DNA of 43,533 bases from Candidatus Pacearchaeota archaeon (GTDB lineage: Archaea; Nanobdellota; Nanobdellia; Pacearchaeales; GW2011-AR1), in NCBI GenBank assembly GCA_017608405.1, contig JAFCFX010000002.1, forward strand, positions 1-43,533, given 5' to 3'. This document shows positions 19,169 to 28,157 of this stretch, in pieces. Below the pieces are notes generated by a model that was given only the letters and a program-made list of their open reading frames with translations, had not been told where the DNA came from and did not search any database. The first letter of the stretch is position 1; every line of letters starts with the position of its first letter. Made by a program: the position numbers and the translations under genes.

Positions 19169-20314
19169 TTAGTACCAATTAGTCAAATTATCAAAATTAA
19201 AATATATGGATTTAGTTAGCAAATCATTAGAAATTCTTTTTAAATTTTTATTATCAAATAATTCTATGGCTGTTTCTACTATGCCTTGCGTGTTCTTCAA
19301 TTGATTATAAGTCGTTAAATCGCCAACAGCTTTGGCTGCTCCAACCCCAAAAGCTGTAGCGGCTGTTCCAACTCCCATGTAAATTGGGCCGGAATCAATA
19401 TTAGCAGACTTAGCAACTTCTTCTGGAAATTCTCTAAAACCAGCAAAAAAAACAAGATCTTTTTTAAAATATTTTTTGTAATTTTCCCAAAGTTCTTTTG
19501 ATTCATCTAGAGCAAAATTAGACATATATCTTACACTCCAAGAAATAGCACATCCTCTTGGAATTTTTCCGTAATCAATTCCTGCAACTTCTGAAAATGG
19601 AAGCCCTGTTTTTTCATCTGTTGCTTTATTTTGCATATATGTAAGCCATTCTTTAATGGGCCTCTCTGATAAATTTTTATCAAAATTTTTATCAAAAACA
19701 TATAAGGAATAAAGAGTTACTGTTTGATCTGCTGGCCACCTATATTTAAGATGATTATAGGATCTAACATGTTTATGTTCATCTTCTATGGTCTTTTTTG
19801 TTAGGTGTTTTGAGATTTTCTCGTTAAGTTCTTGGTATTTGTTATCCCCCTTTACTCTTTGATAAGCTCCAAGGATAACATTTAAATGACTGAGATATAT
19901 TCCGTTATTCTCTAAATCTCCAATATCTAAAATTTCTTCTTTATAAGGAGAAATTTTATCATCTAAAGTTATATTAACAACTCTTTCTAATAGAGATCCT
20001 ACTTCTTTTCTTCTGTTAGGGTTTTTTATTGAAAATCCCACAAGGCCTTCTGCCATATTAGATAAAGCATAAATTCCCATTTCTGATGTTTGTATATTGA
20101 TTTTGTTAAATCCTTCAAAAGGGGCTAATAGAAATTCTTTAATAGATTTATATTCCTCTGTATCTTGTACTTCTTTTACAACATTTTCCAACTTTAATCC
20201 TTTTTGTGAAATCTTTTGTTCTTGGATTAGAATCTTCTCTGGTCTATTAATTTGAGGATTTCCTAATAACAAAGCAGCTAATAATGATATTGTAAAAACT
20301 TTCTTTCTTACCAT
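19169..20314 (-). CDS. Linalool dehydratase/isomerase-like (alpha/alpha)6-barrel protein, probably exported
   Basis: IYLSHLNVILGAYQ..G..KY, SLYVFD, W...M, GFREFP, DSGP..MGVGTAATAF..AA...GD, colinear with recalled LinD sequence; N-terminal basic/hydrophobic segment. Confidence 0.7.
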   Translation of the reverse strand: MVRKKVFTISLLAALLLGNPQINRPEKILIQEQKISQKGLKLENVVKEVQDTEEYKSIKEFLLAPFEGFNKINIQTSEMGIYALSNMAEGLVGFSIKNPNRRKEVGSLLERVVNITLDDKISPYKEEILDIGDLENNGIYLSHLNVILGAYQRVKGDNKYQELNEKISKHLTKKTIEDEHKHVRSYNHLKYRWPADQTVTLYSLYVFDKNFDKNLSERPIKEWLTYMQNKATDEKTGLPFSEVAGIDYGKIPRGCAISWSVRYMSNFALDESKELWENYKKYFKKDLVFFAGFREFPEEVAKSANIDSGPIYMGVGTAATAFGVGAAKAVGDLTTYNQLKNTQGIVETAIELFDNKNLKRISNDLLTKSIYFNFDNLTNWY

Positions 20315-20423
20315 TTTTTCTGTAAAAGTAGTTTATATATAAAGTTTTCTATTATTGTCATTTTATAGGAGTTACATATAGGAAGATTTATAAACCTAAT
20401 ATTACTTGAAAAATTAAGTTAGA

Positions 20424-20966
20424 ATGGCAATAAAAGATTATTCATTTACAAAATACAACCAAGAATTAATAGATCACTTAGTAAGACATTTGCAAGGTAG
20501 CCAGACAGCAGGATCACATTTTATAAAAGGTGCTTTTCCAACTGCAAAATCTTTAGTTGACTATGCTCATGAGCATATTCAAGAATATGATGGGGATAAA
20601 TTAGTTAAGAGTGTTGACACTGGAAAAACAATTGGTTATGATTCCTTAGTTTCATTAGAAAATCTTCCTGAATCTGCTAGTGTATCTCAAGAACCAAGAG
20701 GTAGAGAGGGATACTTAGCTAATATGGTAAGGGGGGTGGAGAAACACCCAACAAGTAAGATGGTTATTGTTGCAGGGCCTATTGACGAAGCTAATCATGG
20801 TTTTTATACTATTTATCCTGGAGAAATCGCTCCACCTTTTCCAGCAACAAGAGAAAAATTAGAAGAAATGGGTTACTCTGGAAAAGATTTAGAAGAACAA
20901 GTTAAAGTCAATAAGGGTTATAAGGAATTTTGGGACAATCACGGATTTGTTATAGGGGAAAAATAA
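20424..20966 (+). CDS. Hypothetical protein
   Basis: 180-aa ORF with motif-like RH..GSHF, YTIYPG..APPFP, FW.NH. Confidence 0.8.
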   Translation: MAIKDYSFTKYNQELIDHLVRHLQGSQTAGSHFIKGAFPTAKSLVDYAHEHIQEYDGDKLVKSVDTGKTIGYDSLVSLENLPESASVSQEPRGREGYLANMVRGVEKHPTSKMVIVAGPIDEANHGFYTIYPGEIAPPFPATREKLEEMGYSGKDLEEQVKVNKGYKEFWDNHGFVIGEK

Positions 20967-20967
20967 A

Positions 20968-21369
20968 ATGGAAAAAGAAAAAACATTAAAAAATAAGGTT
21001 TTAAATAAAATAGGAAAAGCTACAGCCTGGACTCTTGAAAAAGGAGTTTCTGAATTAGCCTTAATTGGAGGGATTTTTTCAGCAACAAATACAGGAAATT
21101 ATTTTGAAAAAGTTGGAACAGGAATTATTGGTCCTTCCAAAGTTTTATATTCTGGAGCTAAAGCATATATTACAAATGAAGGATTTAGAGATGTTGCCAA
21201 TAATCAAATTTTAGAAGCTATGCAAGGCATAGGAAATATTGCTGGAAACATAGTTGATAGCCCTATTGAAACCGGGTTTGCTGCAGCAACAACTTGGGGG
21301 TTATATAAATCAATTCCAATAGCCTCAAAAAAGATAAGAAGACATTATTCAGATAAAAAGAGAAAATGA
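20968..21369 (+). CDS. Hypothetical Gly/Ala-rich, possibly membrane-associated protein
   Basis: ORF 1 nt after previous stop, ATGA overlap with next gene. Confidence 0.7.
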   Translation: MEKEKTLKNKVLNKIGKATAWTLEKGVSELALIGGIFSATNTGNYFEKVGTGIIGPSKVLYSGAKAYITNEGFRDVANNQILEAMQGIGNIAGNIVDSPIETGFAAATTWGLYKSIPIASKKIRRHYSDKKRK

Positions 21370-21767
21370 AATTTAAGATAAGGGGGCATCATTTAGAAGA
21401 ATTAGCATCAGATCTTAAATGGAATAGAGATTCTTATTTAATTGATAGTATGCGAGCTAATCCACAAGAAAAAGTTGTTGTGATTAATACTTATGATGAT
21501 TTTTGCAAAAGAATTTGTAAATTAAAATGTGATGAAAACAAAGAAAATTTACCTAATTGGGATAAGGCCTTTACTAATCTTAATGGTTTTGAGTTAAATA
21601 GGTCTTATTCTGCTGAAGAATTTCTTAATAAAATGCAAAATATGGGTAAAGAAAGAAGAGGTTTTGCCACATCTGACGTGGTTATGGAATGCGGACAAAA
21701 CATGACTTATGATGAAATACTAGAATATCTTTCTGAAGTTTATTTTGATTTTGGAAAGCTATTTTAG
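21366..21767 (+). CDS. DUF1284-like putative metal-binding protein
   Basis: IRGHHL start, DDFC...C...C, WD pattern. Confidence 0.6.
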   Translation: MKFKIRGHHLEELASDLKWNRDSYLIDSMRANPQEKVVVINTYDDFCKRICKLKCDENKENLPNWDKAFTNLNGFELNRSYSAEEFLNKMQNMGKERRGFATSDVVMECGQNMTYDEILEYLSEVYFDFGKLF

Positions 21768-21769
21768 GT

Positions 21770-21785
21770 GGCGACATATGTCACC
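21770..21785. promoter_or_regulatory. 16-bp near-perfect palindrome
   Basis: GGCGACATATGTCACC (one mismatched pair); function unknown. Confidence 0.45.
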
Positions 21786-21864
21786 AGGGAGCACAGTGGA
21801 GTGGTTTTAGTTAACTTTATAATATATATTTTCCAATATATACTATCAAAAGGAGGTTAAAAAT

Positions 21865-22059
21865 ATGTGTAACCATAAATTGTGGGGTATTATTCTTGGT
21901 GTAGTAATTATCTTATTCACACTTTGGGATACTGTTGCATGGACTAGTTGGTTAGTAGTAATTGCGGGTATTATAATTTTATTTTATGCTTTTAAAGGTG
22001 ATTGTTGTACTTGTGAGACAGAGGCTCCAGTAAAAGCCAAGCCTAAGAAGAAAAAATAA
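21865..22059 (+). CDS. Small two-TM membrane protein with Cys cluster and Lys tail
   Basis: Strong SD AGGAGGT at 21851-21857; two hydrophobic helices; CCTC; KPKKKK. Confidence 0.8.
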   Translation: MCNHKLWGIILGVVIILFTLWDTVAWTSWLVVIAGIIILFYAFKGDCCTCETEAPVKAKPKKKK

Positions 22060-22061
22060 TT

Positions 22062-24392
22062 TTATTCTTTGTTTTCTAATTTTTTCTTGTAAGCTTCAAT
22101 TCTTTCTTTATTAGTAGAACATGCTGGGTTGAAACAAAAAAACCAGGGTTTTTTCGCTTTTCTTAAAGATATTAGCTTTGGAAAACCACATTCTTCGCAA
22201 ACTTTGTCTGTTTTTTTAATTACCCCCTTTGGAGGAAGACTAAAAGTAGTTTTGCAATCTGGATAAGCATTACATGCAATAAAATGTCTTCTCGTTTTCC
22301 TAGAATAAGTAATAGCTAATTCTCCTTTTTTACAGATAGGGCAAGGGCATAATGTGTTTTCTTTTTTTTGCTGTTCTCTTAATTCGAGATTTGCTTGTAA
22401 AAGTTCTTTTCCTATTTGTTTTTCATTTTTTTCAAAATCTTTTGAAATATTAGTTATTGTTTTTTTAGCCTTGTTTATGACTTTTTTTTCCTTCAAAGCA
22501 AAATCTTTTTTCGCTTCTACAATTTTTTCCATTTCTTCTTCAAAACTTCTTGTTAATTTTTCATCTATGATTATTGGGGAATATTTCTCGAGTGTTTTAA
22601 TTAATGATATTCCTAGGGCGGTGGCTTCAATAGATTTTTCTTTAATATACCCCCTATCGTAAAGAGTTTCTAAAATACTAGACCTGGTGGCCTTGGTTCC
22701 AAGATTTCTTTTTTCAAGTTCAGAAAGTATTGAAGCTGGAGAATATCTTTTTGGGGGCTGAGTTTGTTTTTCTTCTGTTTTTGCATTTATTATTTTTACT
22801 TCTCCTTCTAAATCAGGAATATCAATTTCTTTTAGTTTTATAGGATAAATTTCTGTCCAAGCTTTTTTTCTTATTGAAGAGCCCCTGGCAGTAAAAATTA
22901 AATTATCAACTTTAGCTTTCACTGTTTTATTATCAACAATTGCATTATCACAGAAAAGAGCTAAAAACCTTTTTGCAATTAAATTATATATTTTTTCTTC
23001 ATCACTTGATAAGATTTGAGTATTTCCTGTTGGATAAATTGAAGGATGTGCAGGATCTGATTTTTTGCCTTCAATTGGTTTTTTCTTTGTTATAAGATGC
23101 TCTACATTGTATTTTTTTGCAATTTTTTGCAAAATTGTTTTATAATCTACTGATTCTGGAAGTTTTTGACTTGAAGTTCTTGGATAGGAAATTAACCCAG
23201 CTAAGTAGAGGGATTGGGCTGCTTTTAGTGTGTTTGCAGGAGTTATGCCATGAAATTTATATGCTTCTATTTGCAGAGTTGTGAGATTAAAAGGGGGATT
23301 TGGAACAAGGATATTTTCTTTTTTTTCTGTTGTTGCTTGAGCTGTTTTTCCTTTTAAATCTTGAAATTTTTTTAATTCTGATTTTTTGAAAATATCTTTG
23401 TTGTGTTTTAATTCAAGAACATGTGAATTTTTGACTGTTATGAACACTTGCCAATATTTTTCTGATTTAAACCCCTGTATTGATCTTTCTTTTTGAACTA
23501 TTAAATTTAAAGCAGGACCCTGAACTCTTCCTATAGACATTATTCTAAATTTTCCTGTTGTTTTTATTGCATTCATTAATGCTCTTGAGAGATTTATTCC
23601 ATAAAACCAATCTAAATAATGCCTTGTTTCTCCTGCAATGGCCTGCCCCCAACTCAAATTTGCAGATTTTGATTCATATGCTTTGTTTAATTCTGCGTCT
23701 GTTAAAGCTGAAAATTTCATTCTATTTGCTTCTTTTTGACCACAAATAAATCTAATTACATTTAATCCGATTACTTCTCCCTCTATATCGTAATCTGTCG
23801 CGACTGTTAGACTTCCTGCATTTTTAGCTAGTCTTAAAATAGTATCATAGTATCTTTTTGTAAAATCTTTTTTTCTTACGAGATAATTTGGCATCCAGCC
23901 TATATCAAAACTGGGGATAGAAGCTCCTGAATTATTTTGACTTAAAGTAAATAAATGTCCTACTGCACAAGCCACAATTATTTTTTTTCCTTGTCTGTCC
24001 ACTTCGTAATATGGTACTTTGTTTAGTGTTTGTTGGACTGCGCTTCCTAGTGCAGCTGCGATTTTTGCTGCTGCTTGAGGTTTTTCTGTAATTACTAATT
24101 CATATCCTGATTTTTTTAAATTAATTTTTGGAGCAGAATAAGGTTCTTCTTTGGTTTTTGTTTTCTTACTATTTTTTCTTCTTTTTCTCGGTTTTGTTTC
24201 TTTCTCTATTGTTTCTATTGTTTCTCTCGATGGCTTTTTGTATTTAACTTCTATTGCTTGTTTAATTATTTCTTGTTTTGGTGGTTTTTCTTTTACAGGA
24301 ACGTCTATTGTTTTTTTTATTGTTTCAGTATCAACTGGAAAATAATTTTCTACTATTTTTTCTTCTCTGGTCTTTTTTTCCTTGCGACGCAT
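22062..24392 (-). CDS. topA: DNA topoisomerase I (type IA)
   Basis: ITEKP, GHL, ATDYDIEGE, GRVQ, ISYPRT (catalytic Tyr), AHPSIYPT, LGTKATR, C-terminal Zn ribbons. Confidence 0.97.
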   Translation of the reverse strand: MRRKEKKTREEKIVENYFPVDTETIKKTIDVPVKEKPPKQEIIKQAIEVKYKKPSRETIETIEKETKPRKRRKNSKKTKTKEEPYSAPKINLKKSGYELVITEKPQAAAKIAAALGSAVQQTLNKVPYYEVDRQGKKIIVACAVGHLFTLSQNNSGASIPSFDIGWMPNYLVRKKDFTKRYYDTILRLAKNAGSLTVATDYDIEGEVIGLNVIRFICGQKEANRMKFSALTDAELNKAYESKSANLSWGQAIAGETRHYLDWFYGINLSRALMNAIKTTGKFRIMSIGRVQGPALNLIVQKERSIQGFKSEKYWQVFITVKNSHVLELKHNKDIFKKSELKKFQDLKGKTAQATTEKKENILVPNPPFNLTTLQIEAYKFHGITPANTLKAAQSLYLAGLISYPRTSSQKLPESVDYKTILQKIAKKYNVEHLITKKKPIEGKKSDPAHPSIYPTGNTQILSSDEEKIYNLIAKRFLALFCDNAIVDNKTVKAKVDNLIFTARGSSIRKKAWTEIYPIKLKEIDIPDLEGEVKIINAKTEEKQTQPPKRYSPASILSELEKRNLGTKATRSSILETLYDRGYIKEKSIEATALGISLIKTLEKYSPIIIDEKLTRSFEEEMEKIVEAKKDFALKEKKVINKAKKTITNISKDFEKNEKQIGKELLQANLELREQQKKENTLCPCPICKKGELAITYSRKTRRHFIACNAYPDCKTTFSLPPKGVIKKTDKVCEECGFPKLISLRKAKKPWFFCFNPACSTNKERIEAYKKKLENKE

Positions 24393-24430
24393 CTTTATTT
24401 AGAAGAAATAGGCTTTTTAAGGGTTTTTGA

Positions 24431-25099
24431 TTAAATCTCAAAAACTTTGGCCCTTCTAGATACATTAATTACCCTGGTTTTGCCAATATTTTCTTCAAGA
24501 CCAGAGGCTTCATGAATGTGTGAGCATATTGCTAAGTCTGGTTTAAATTGTTCTATTGCTTTTCTTATGCCTTTTGAACCAGGCCATCCAGAAAATTCTG
24601 ATTTACTATCTTCAGGATGCATGTGTGTAACCATTATTTTCTTTTTTAGATTTTTTACTTTGTCATGACTTTTTTTTAATAAGTTAAATATTTCAGAGTC
24701 TTTGAGCATGAAGACCCCCATATCTGCTGTGCCTGCTCCAAAAAAACCAATATTATTTTTTTTAAATGAATAACCATGTAGATGTTTTGCATAAGGTGCA
24801 TATGCTTCTGCTAAAAATTCTGTTGTAGAGATTGACTCATGATTTCCTGGAATAATTAAAACATCTTTTTTTGCTTTGGCAAAGGGGCCAACAATATCTT
24901 TAATAGATGTTTCAGCAAATGTTAGGTCTCCTGCTAAGATTATGATATCTATATTTTCTTTTTTTGCTTTTTCAGCTAATTTTTTTACAAGTCCTGTGTC
25001 TCCATGAATGTCCCCGACTGCGAGGATTTTTGTTTTGGTTTGCTTTTTAAGCGAATCAGACCGAACTTGTGAGAGTCTTTTGAGTTTTTGTTTAACCAT
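24431..25099 (-). CDS. Calcineurin-like metallophosphoesterase
   Basis: DIHG, GD, GNHE, H, HIHE motifs. Confidence 0.9.
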   Translation of the reverse strand: MVKQKLKRLSQVRSDSLKKQTKTKILAVGDIHGDTGLVKKLAEKAKKENIDIIILAGDLTFAETSIKDIVGPFAKAKKDVLIIPGNHESISTTEFLAEAYAPYAKHLHGYSFKKNNIGFFGAGTADMGVFMLKDSEIFNLLKKSHDKVKNLKKKIMVTHMHPEDSKSEFSGWPGSKGIRKAIEQFKPDLAICSHIHEASGLEENIGKTRVINVSRRAKVFEI

Positions 25100-25243
25100 A
25101 AAATAATTAGAGAGGAGAAGTTAATAAGGGTTACGAAATTCGAATTTTCACCCATATAGAGGAATGAAAATATATATTCCAAAACATTTATAAGTAAGAC
25201 CCTTTCTGAATATATACATTGAAACACATGCATTACAATTAAA

Positions 25244-25510
25244 ATGAAAGACAATTTTGATATCTTTTTTCGAAGGAAGCCAGCCTTGATGTTGGTATCT
25301 TTAAAGAAGAATGTCAGGATGCGGTATGGTAGTATTTTGGCTAAAGAAGTGGATTGTACATACAGCCACGCAGTAAAAATTCTACAGACACTTGAGTCTT
25401 TGAAATTGGTTGATTTTGAGAAAAAGGGGCGAATTAAAATTATAAGATTGACCAAGAAAGGTAGAGTAGTTGCAGACGCAATTGAGAATATTCAAAGTTT
25501 GATTAGATGA
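25244..25510 (+). CDS. Winged-helix DNA-binding protein
   Basis: LAKEVDCTYSHAVKIL..L...LV...KKGR....LT.KG. Confidence 0.85.
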   Translation: MKDNFDIFFRRKPALMLVSLKKNVRMRYGSILAKEVDCTYSHAVKILQTLESLKLVDFEKKGRIKIIRLTKKGRVVADAIENIQSLIR

Positions 25511-25519
25511 TTCTGAATT

Positions 25520-25538
25520 AGCCGCCCCTGAGATTTGA
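25520..25538 (-). other. Isolated tRNA-like 3' fragment (T-loop to discriminator)
   Basis: Minus strand TCAAAT-CTCAG-GGGCGGC-T; no matching 5' half nearby. Confidence 0.5.
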
Positions 25539-25577
25539 CTTGTATTTGGGAATGTGTTAGCTAGAGGTAGAAGTGAG

Positions 25578-25587
25578 TGGCCCTGGA
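25578..25587 (-). repeat. Duplicate of last 10 nt of tRNA-Lys (att-like)
   Basis: TCCAGGGCCA identical to 25627-25636. Confidence 0.65.
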
Positions 25588-25626
25588 CTAAAATTAAAAT
25601 TTCGTCAGAGAACCCTAATAGAATTA

Positions 25627-25700
25627 TGGCCCTGGAGGGATTTGAACCCCCGACACCCAGATTAAGAGTCTGGTGCTCTGCCAAACTGAGCTACAGAGCC
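25627..25700 (-). tRNA. tRNA-Lys(CTT), intronless, CCA not encoded
   Basis: GGCTCTG/CAGGGCC acceptor, GCTC/GAGC D-stem, CCAGA-CTCTTAA-TCTGG anticodon arm, GTTCAAATC T-loop; 74 nt. Confidence 0.96.
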
Positions 25701-25745
25701 ATTAAATAACTAGAAATAATTTGTTTAAAAAAGTATTTATCGTAT

Positions 25746-26054
25746 TTATCTATACTCGCGCCAGGTGTTTTCACATTTTGTGCACTTGAAGAACTTAGTT
25801 TCTGATTCATCACCTGATCGTGTTTGGACTGTCCAAAAATATGCCTTCTCGTTTTTACATTTTCTACAGGTTTCATTGATTATTGGAAGAATCTGGGTGT
25901 CTTTATTAGAAACAACTGCAATTTCTTTTTGTTCATCTATTTTTTCAGAAGTTTTTAAATTTACTTTTTCTTTTCTAGAATAATTACACCTAGCACACCC
26001 ATAATTTTTTCTTTTCTGTATTAATACTGCACCACATTTCGGGCAAAATTCCAT
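25746..26054 (-). CDS. tfs: Transcription factor S (TFS/RpoM family)
   Basis: MEFCPKCG, two Zn ribbons, QTRSGDE..T.F.KC..C...WREY. Confidence 0.95.
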   Translation of the reverse strand: MEFCPKCGAVLIQKRKNYGCARCNYSRKEKVNLKTSEKIDEQKEIAVVSNKDTQILPIINETCRKCKNEKAYFWTVQTRSGDESETKFFKCTKCENTWREYR

Positions 26055-26088
26055 CTTAGTCTTGAACTCTCTTTATTTAAAAAGCTTT

Positions 26089-26715
26089 CTAATTTGCTTT
26101 GCAAAGACCTCTTTCTGATTCTGATTTAGTCCATTCAAAGAATATTAGTTTTCCCCACCCAACATAGGGGGCTAATTTGAAAACGGCTTGACCAACTAAT
26201 TGATCTTCTGTTATTTCTTTTTCAACTTCTAATTGGCCCTTATTGTTGTCCCCTACTGTTGAAAAAGTATATGTTCCATTTTGATTTTTTATTTTTATTA
26301 TTCTATGAATCAGCGGGTTTCTATAGTTTGCTTCAAAAATTATTACATCCCCCACTTTTAATTTTTCAGGTTTAGCTTTTACAACAAACAGAATATCTCC
26401 CTTGTTAAATCCTTTTTTAAATATGTATTCTTCAAAGTCTAGTTTATTTATTATATATCTTTGATATTTGATTTCGTGATTATCCCACCACTCATCATAA
26501 TCTGAGAAGAGATTGCCTTCATGATACATTGAACAAGATTCTACAATTGCCAAGGGCAAGGCTGTTCCTGTGATAAAGCTTAGGGTTGGAAAGAAAATAA
26601 ATTTTATAAATATAAATAAAAATAAAATTGAAAATATCCACCCTTTCCAAGTATCATCTTTCCAGAGCAGATGCCAAAATTTTTTCGAATATTTTTTTAA
26701 ACTCCCTCTTTGCAT
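26089..26715 (-). CDS. Signal peptidase I (archaeal Sec11-type)
   Basis: TM then S.SM, KGD, IHR, GDNN, PYVGW. Confidence 0.9.
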   Translation of the reverse strand: MQRGSLKKYSKKFWHLLWKDDTWKGWIFSILFLFIFIKFIFFPTLSFITGTALPLAIVESCSMYHEGNLFSDYDEWWDNHEIKYQRYIINKLDFEEYIFKKGFNKGDILFVVKAKPEKLKVGDVIIFEANYRNPLIHRIIKIKNQNGTYTFSTVGDNNKGQLEVEKEITEDQLVGQAVFKLAPYVGWGKLIFFEWTKSESERGLCKAN

Positions 26716-26767
26716 GTGAAGGATAATTATTTATGGTTTTTAAGAGTTTTGATAAATAGTATTTATT

Positions 26768-27694
26768 TTATCTATACTGGGTTTTATCTTCTTCTTTTAA
26801 AGAATCTATGGCGGTTCCTTTCATTCCTGCTGCAAGGGGTTTAGAAGCTTCCATTAATACTTTTGAATTTTTCCAGTTTTTTACAGAATCTACTATTGCC
26901 TTGGCTCTTTTTTCAGGATCTTTTGATTTGAATATGCCGCTTCCAACAAAAACACCGTCTGAACCCAACACCATCATGTATACTGCATCTGCGGGGGTTG
27001 CTATTCCCCCTGCTGCGTAATTGAGCACAGGGAGTTTTTTTAGTTTGCCAATTTCTTGAATTAATTTCTCAGGAACACCATATTCTTTTGCTTTTTCTAA
27101 GATTTTGTGACCCATATTTTCCACACCCTGATCCCCATAGAATTCTCCTAACTCATATAGTCCAACTAGTTCTGCTATTCCTTGTCTTATTTTTCTCATA
27201 TGAATTACTGCTTCTTTAACATCCCCTGTTCCAGCTTCTCCCTTTGTTCTTATCATTACTGCTCCTTCGTTTATTCTTCTTAGGGCTTCACCTAAATTTC
27301 TAGCTCCACAAACAAAAGGTGTTTTAAATTGTGTTTTGTCTATGTGGTATGAATCTGCTGGAGTTAATACTTCACTTTCGTCTATGAAATCAACTCCAAT
27401 TTCTTCGAGTATTTTCGCTTCTGCATAATGCCCTATTCTTGCTTTAGCCATAACTGGAATTTTTACTGTGTTAATTATTTCTTCAATTTTTTTTACTGGG
27501 GCTGTTCTTGCAACTGCTTTTTCTTTTCTAATGTCTGCCGGTACTTGGTATAATGCCATTACTGAAACTGCTCCTGCATCTTCTGCTATTTTTGCTTGTT
27601 CGCCACTAGTGACATCCATGATGACTCCGTCGAGAAAACCCTCTAAGAACTTTTTGTTTTCTTTTTTTGGATGTGATTTTTTTCCTGAATTCAT
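26768..27694 (-). CDS. pdxS: Pyridoxal 5'-phosphate synthase lyase subunit
   Basis: [57 protein letters not shown]. Confidence 0.96.
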   Translation of the reverse strand: MNSGKKSHPKKENKKFLEGFLDGVIMDVTSGEQAKIAEDAGAVSVMALYQVPADIRKEKAVARTAPVKKIEEIINTVKIPVMAKARIGHYAEAKILEEIGVDFIDESEVLTPADSYHIDKTQFKTPFVCGARNLGEALRRINEGAVMIRTKGEAGTGDVKEAVIHMRKIRQGIAELVGLYELGEFYGDQGVENMGHKILEKAKEYGVPEKLIQEIGKLKKLPVLNYAAGGIATPADAVYMMVLGSDGVFVGSGIFKSKDPEKRAKAIVDSVKNWKNSKVLMEASKPLAAGMKGTAIDSLKEEDKTQYR

Positions 27695-27803
27695 GATTAA
27701 ATTAATGCGTTGTACTTTTTAAGCATTTCTGGTTTTTTTAGGATTTTAATGGCAAGGGGTCACCAAAACATTTAAATAGTATATATTGGTCTGTGTATAC
27801 ACA

Positions 27804-28157
27804 ATGGGAGACATATTTGATAACCCAATTTTATGTAAAAAGTGTAATTCTAAGATGAAGAAGGGCAAGATTGCTAAAAATGGATTTTTATTAAGAGCAT
27901 TGGCTTGTCCAAAGTGCAGTGAAAAACTTATTCATCCTATTGATGAGCAAGAATACAATAAATTTATAAATTTAAAAAATAAAGAATTTAGAGTTAAGAT
28001 GAGGCTTGTTGGAAATAGTTATGCTGTATCAATACCCAAAGAAATAGTTTGTTTTATGAATGAACAAAAGAAAATAATGGATGATATGGTGAGATTATGT
28101 TTTGAAGAAACAGGAAGAGTCAGTTTAAATTTTGATAGATTATTAAATAGAAAATGA
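27804..28157 (+). CDS. Zn-ribbon + AbrB/SpoVT-like DNA-binding protein
   Basis: CKKC..CPKC; VKMRLVGNSYAVSIPKEI; ATGA overlap with cdc48. Confidence 0.8.
   Translation: MGDIFDNPILCKKCNSKMKKGKIAKNGFLLRALACPKCSEKLIHPIDEQEYNKFINLKNKEFRVKMRLVGNSYAVSIPKEIVCFMNEQKKIMDDMVRLCFEETGRVSLNFDRLLNRK

Noticed and set aside
19169-20314. Convergent gene as immunity protein for the colicin M-like domain
   Set aside because: Large enzyme-like barrel unlike the small Cmi-type immunity proteins; an archaeon lacks lipid II to protect
25520-25600. Second complete, split or permuted tRNA gene
   Set aside because: No D-arm, anticodon arm or complementary acceptor strand; only a 3' fragment
25382-25684. 100-aa minus-strand ORF
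   Set aside because: Runs through tRNA-Lys and antisense to the winged-helix gene; spurious
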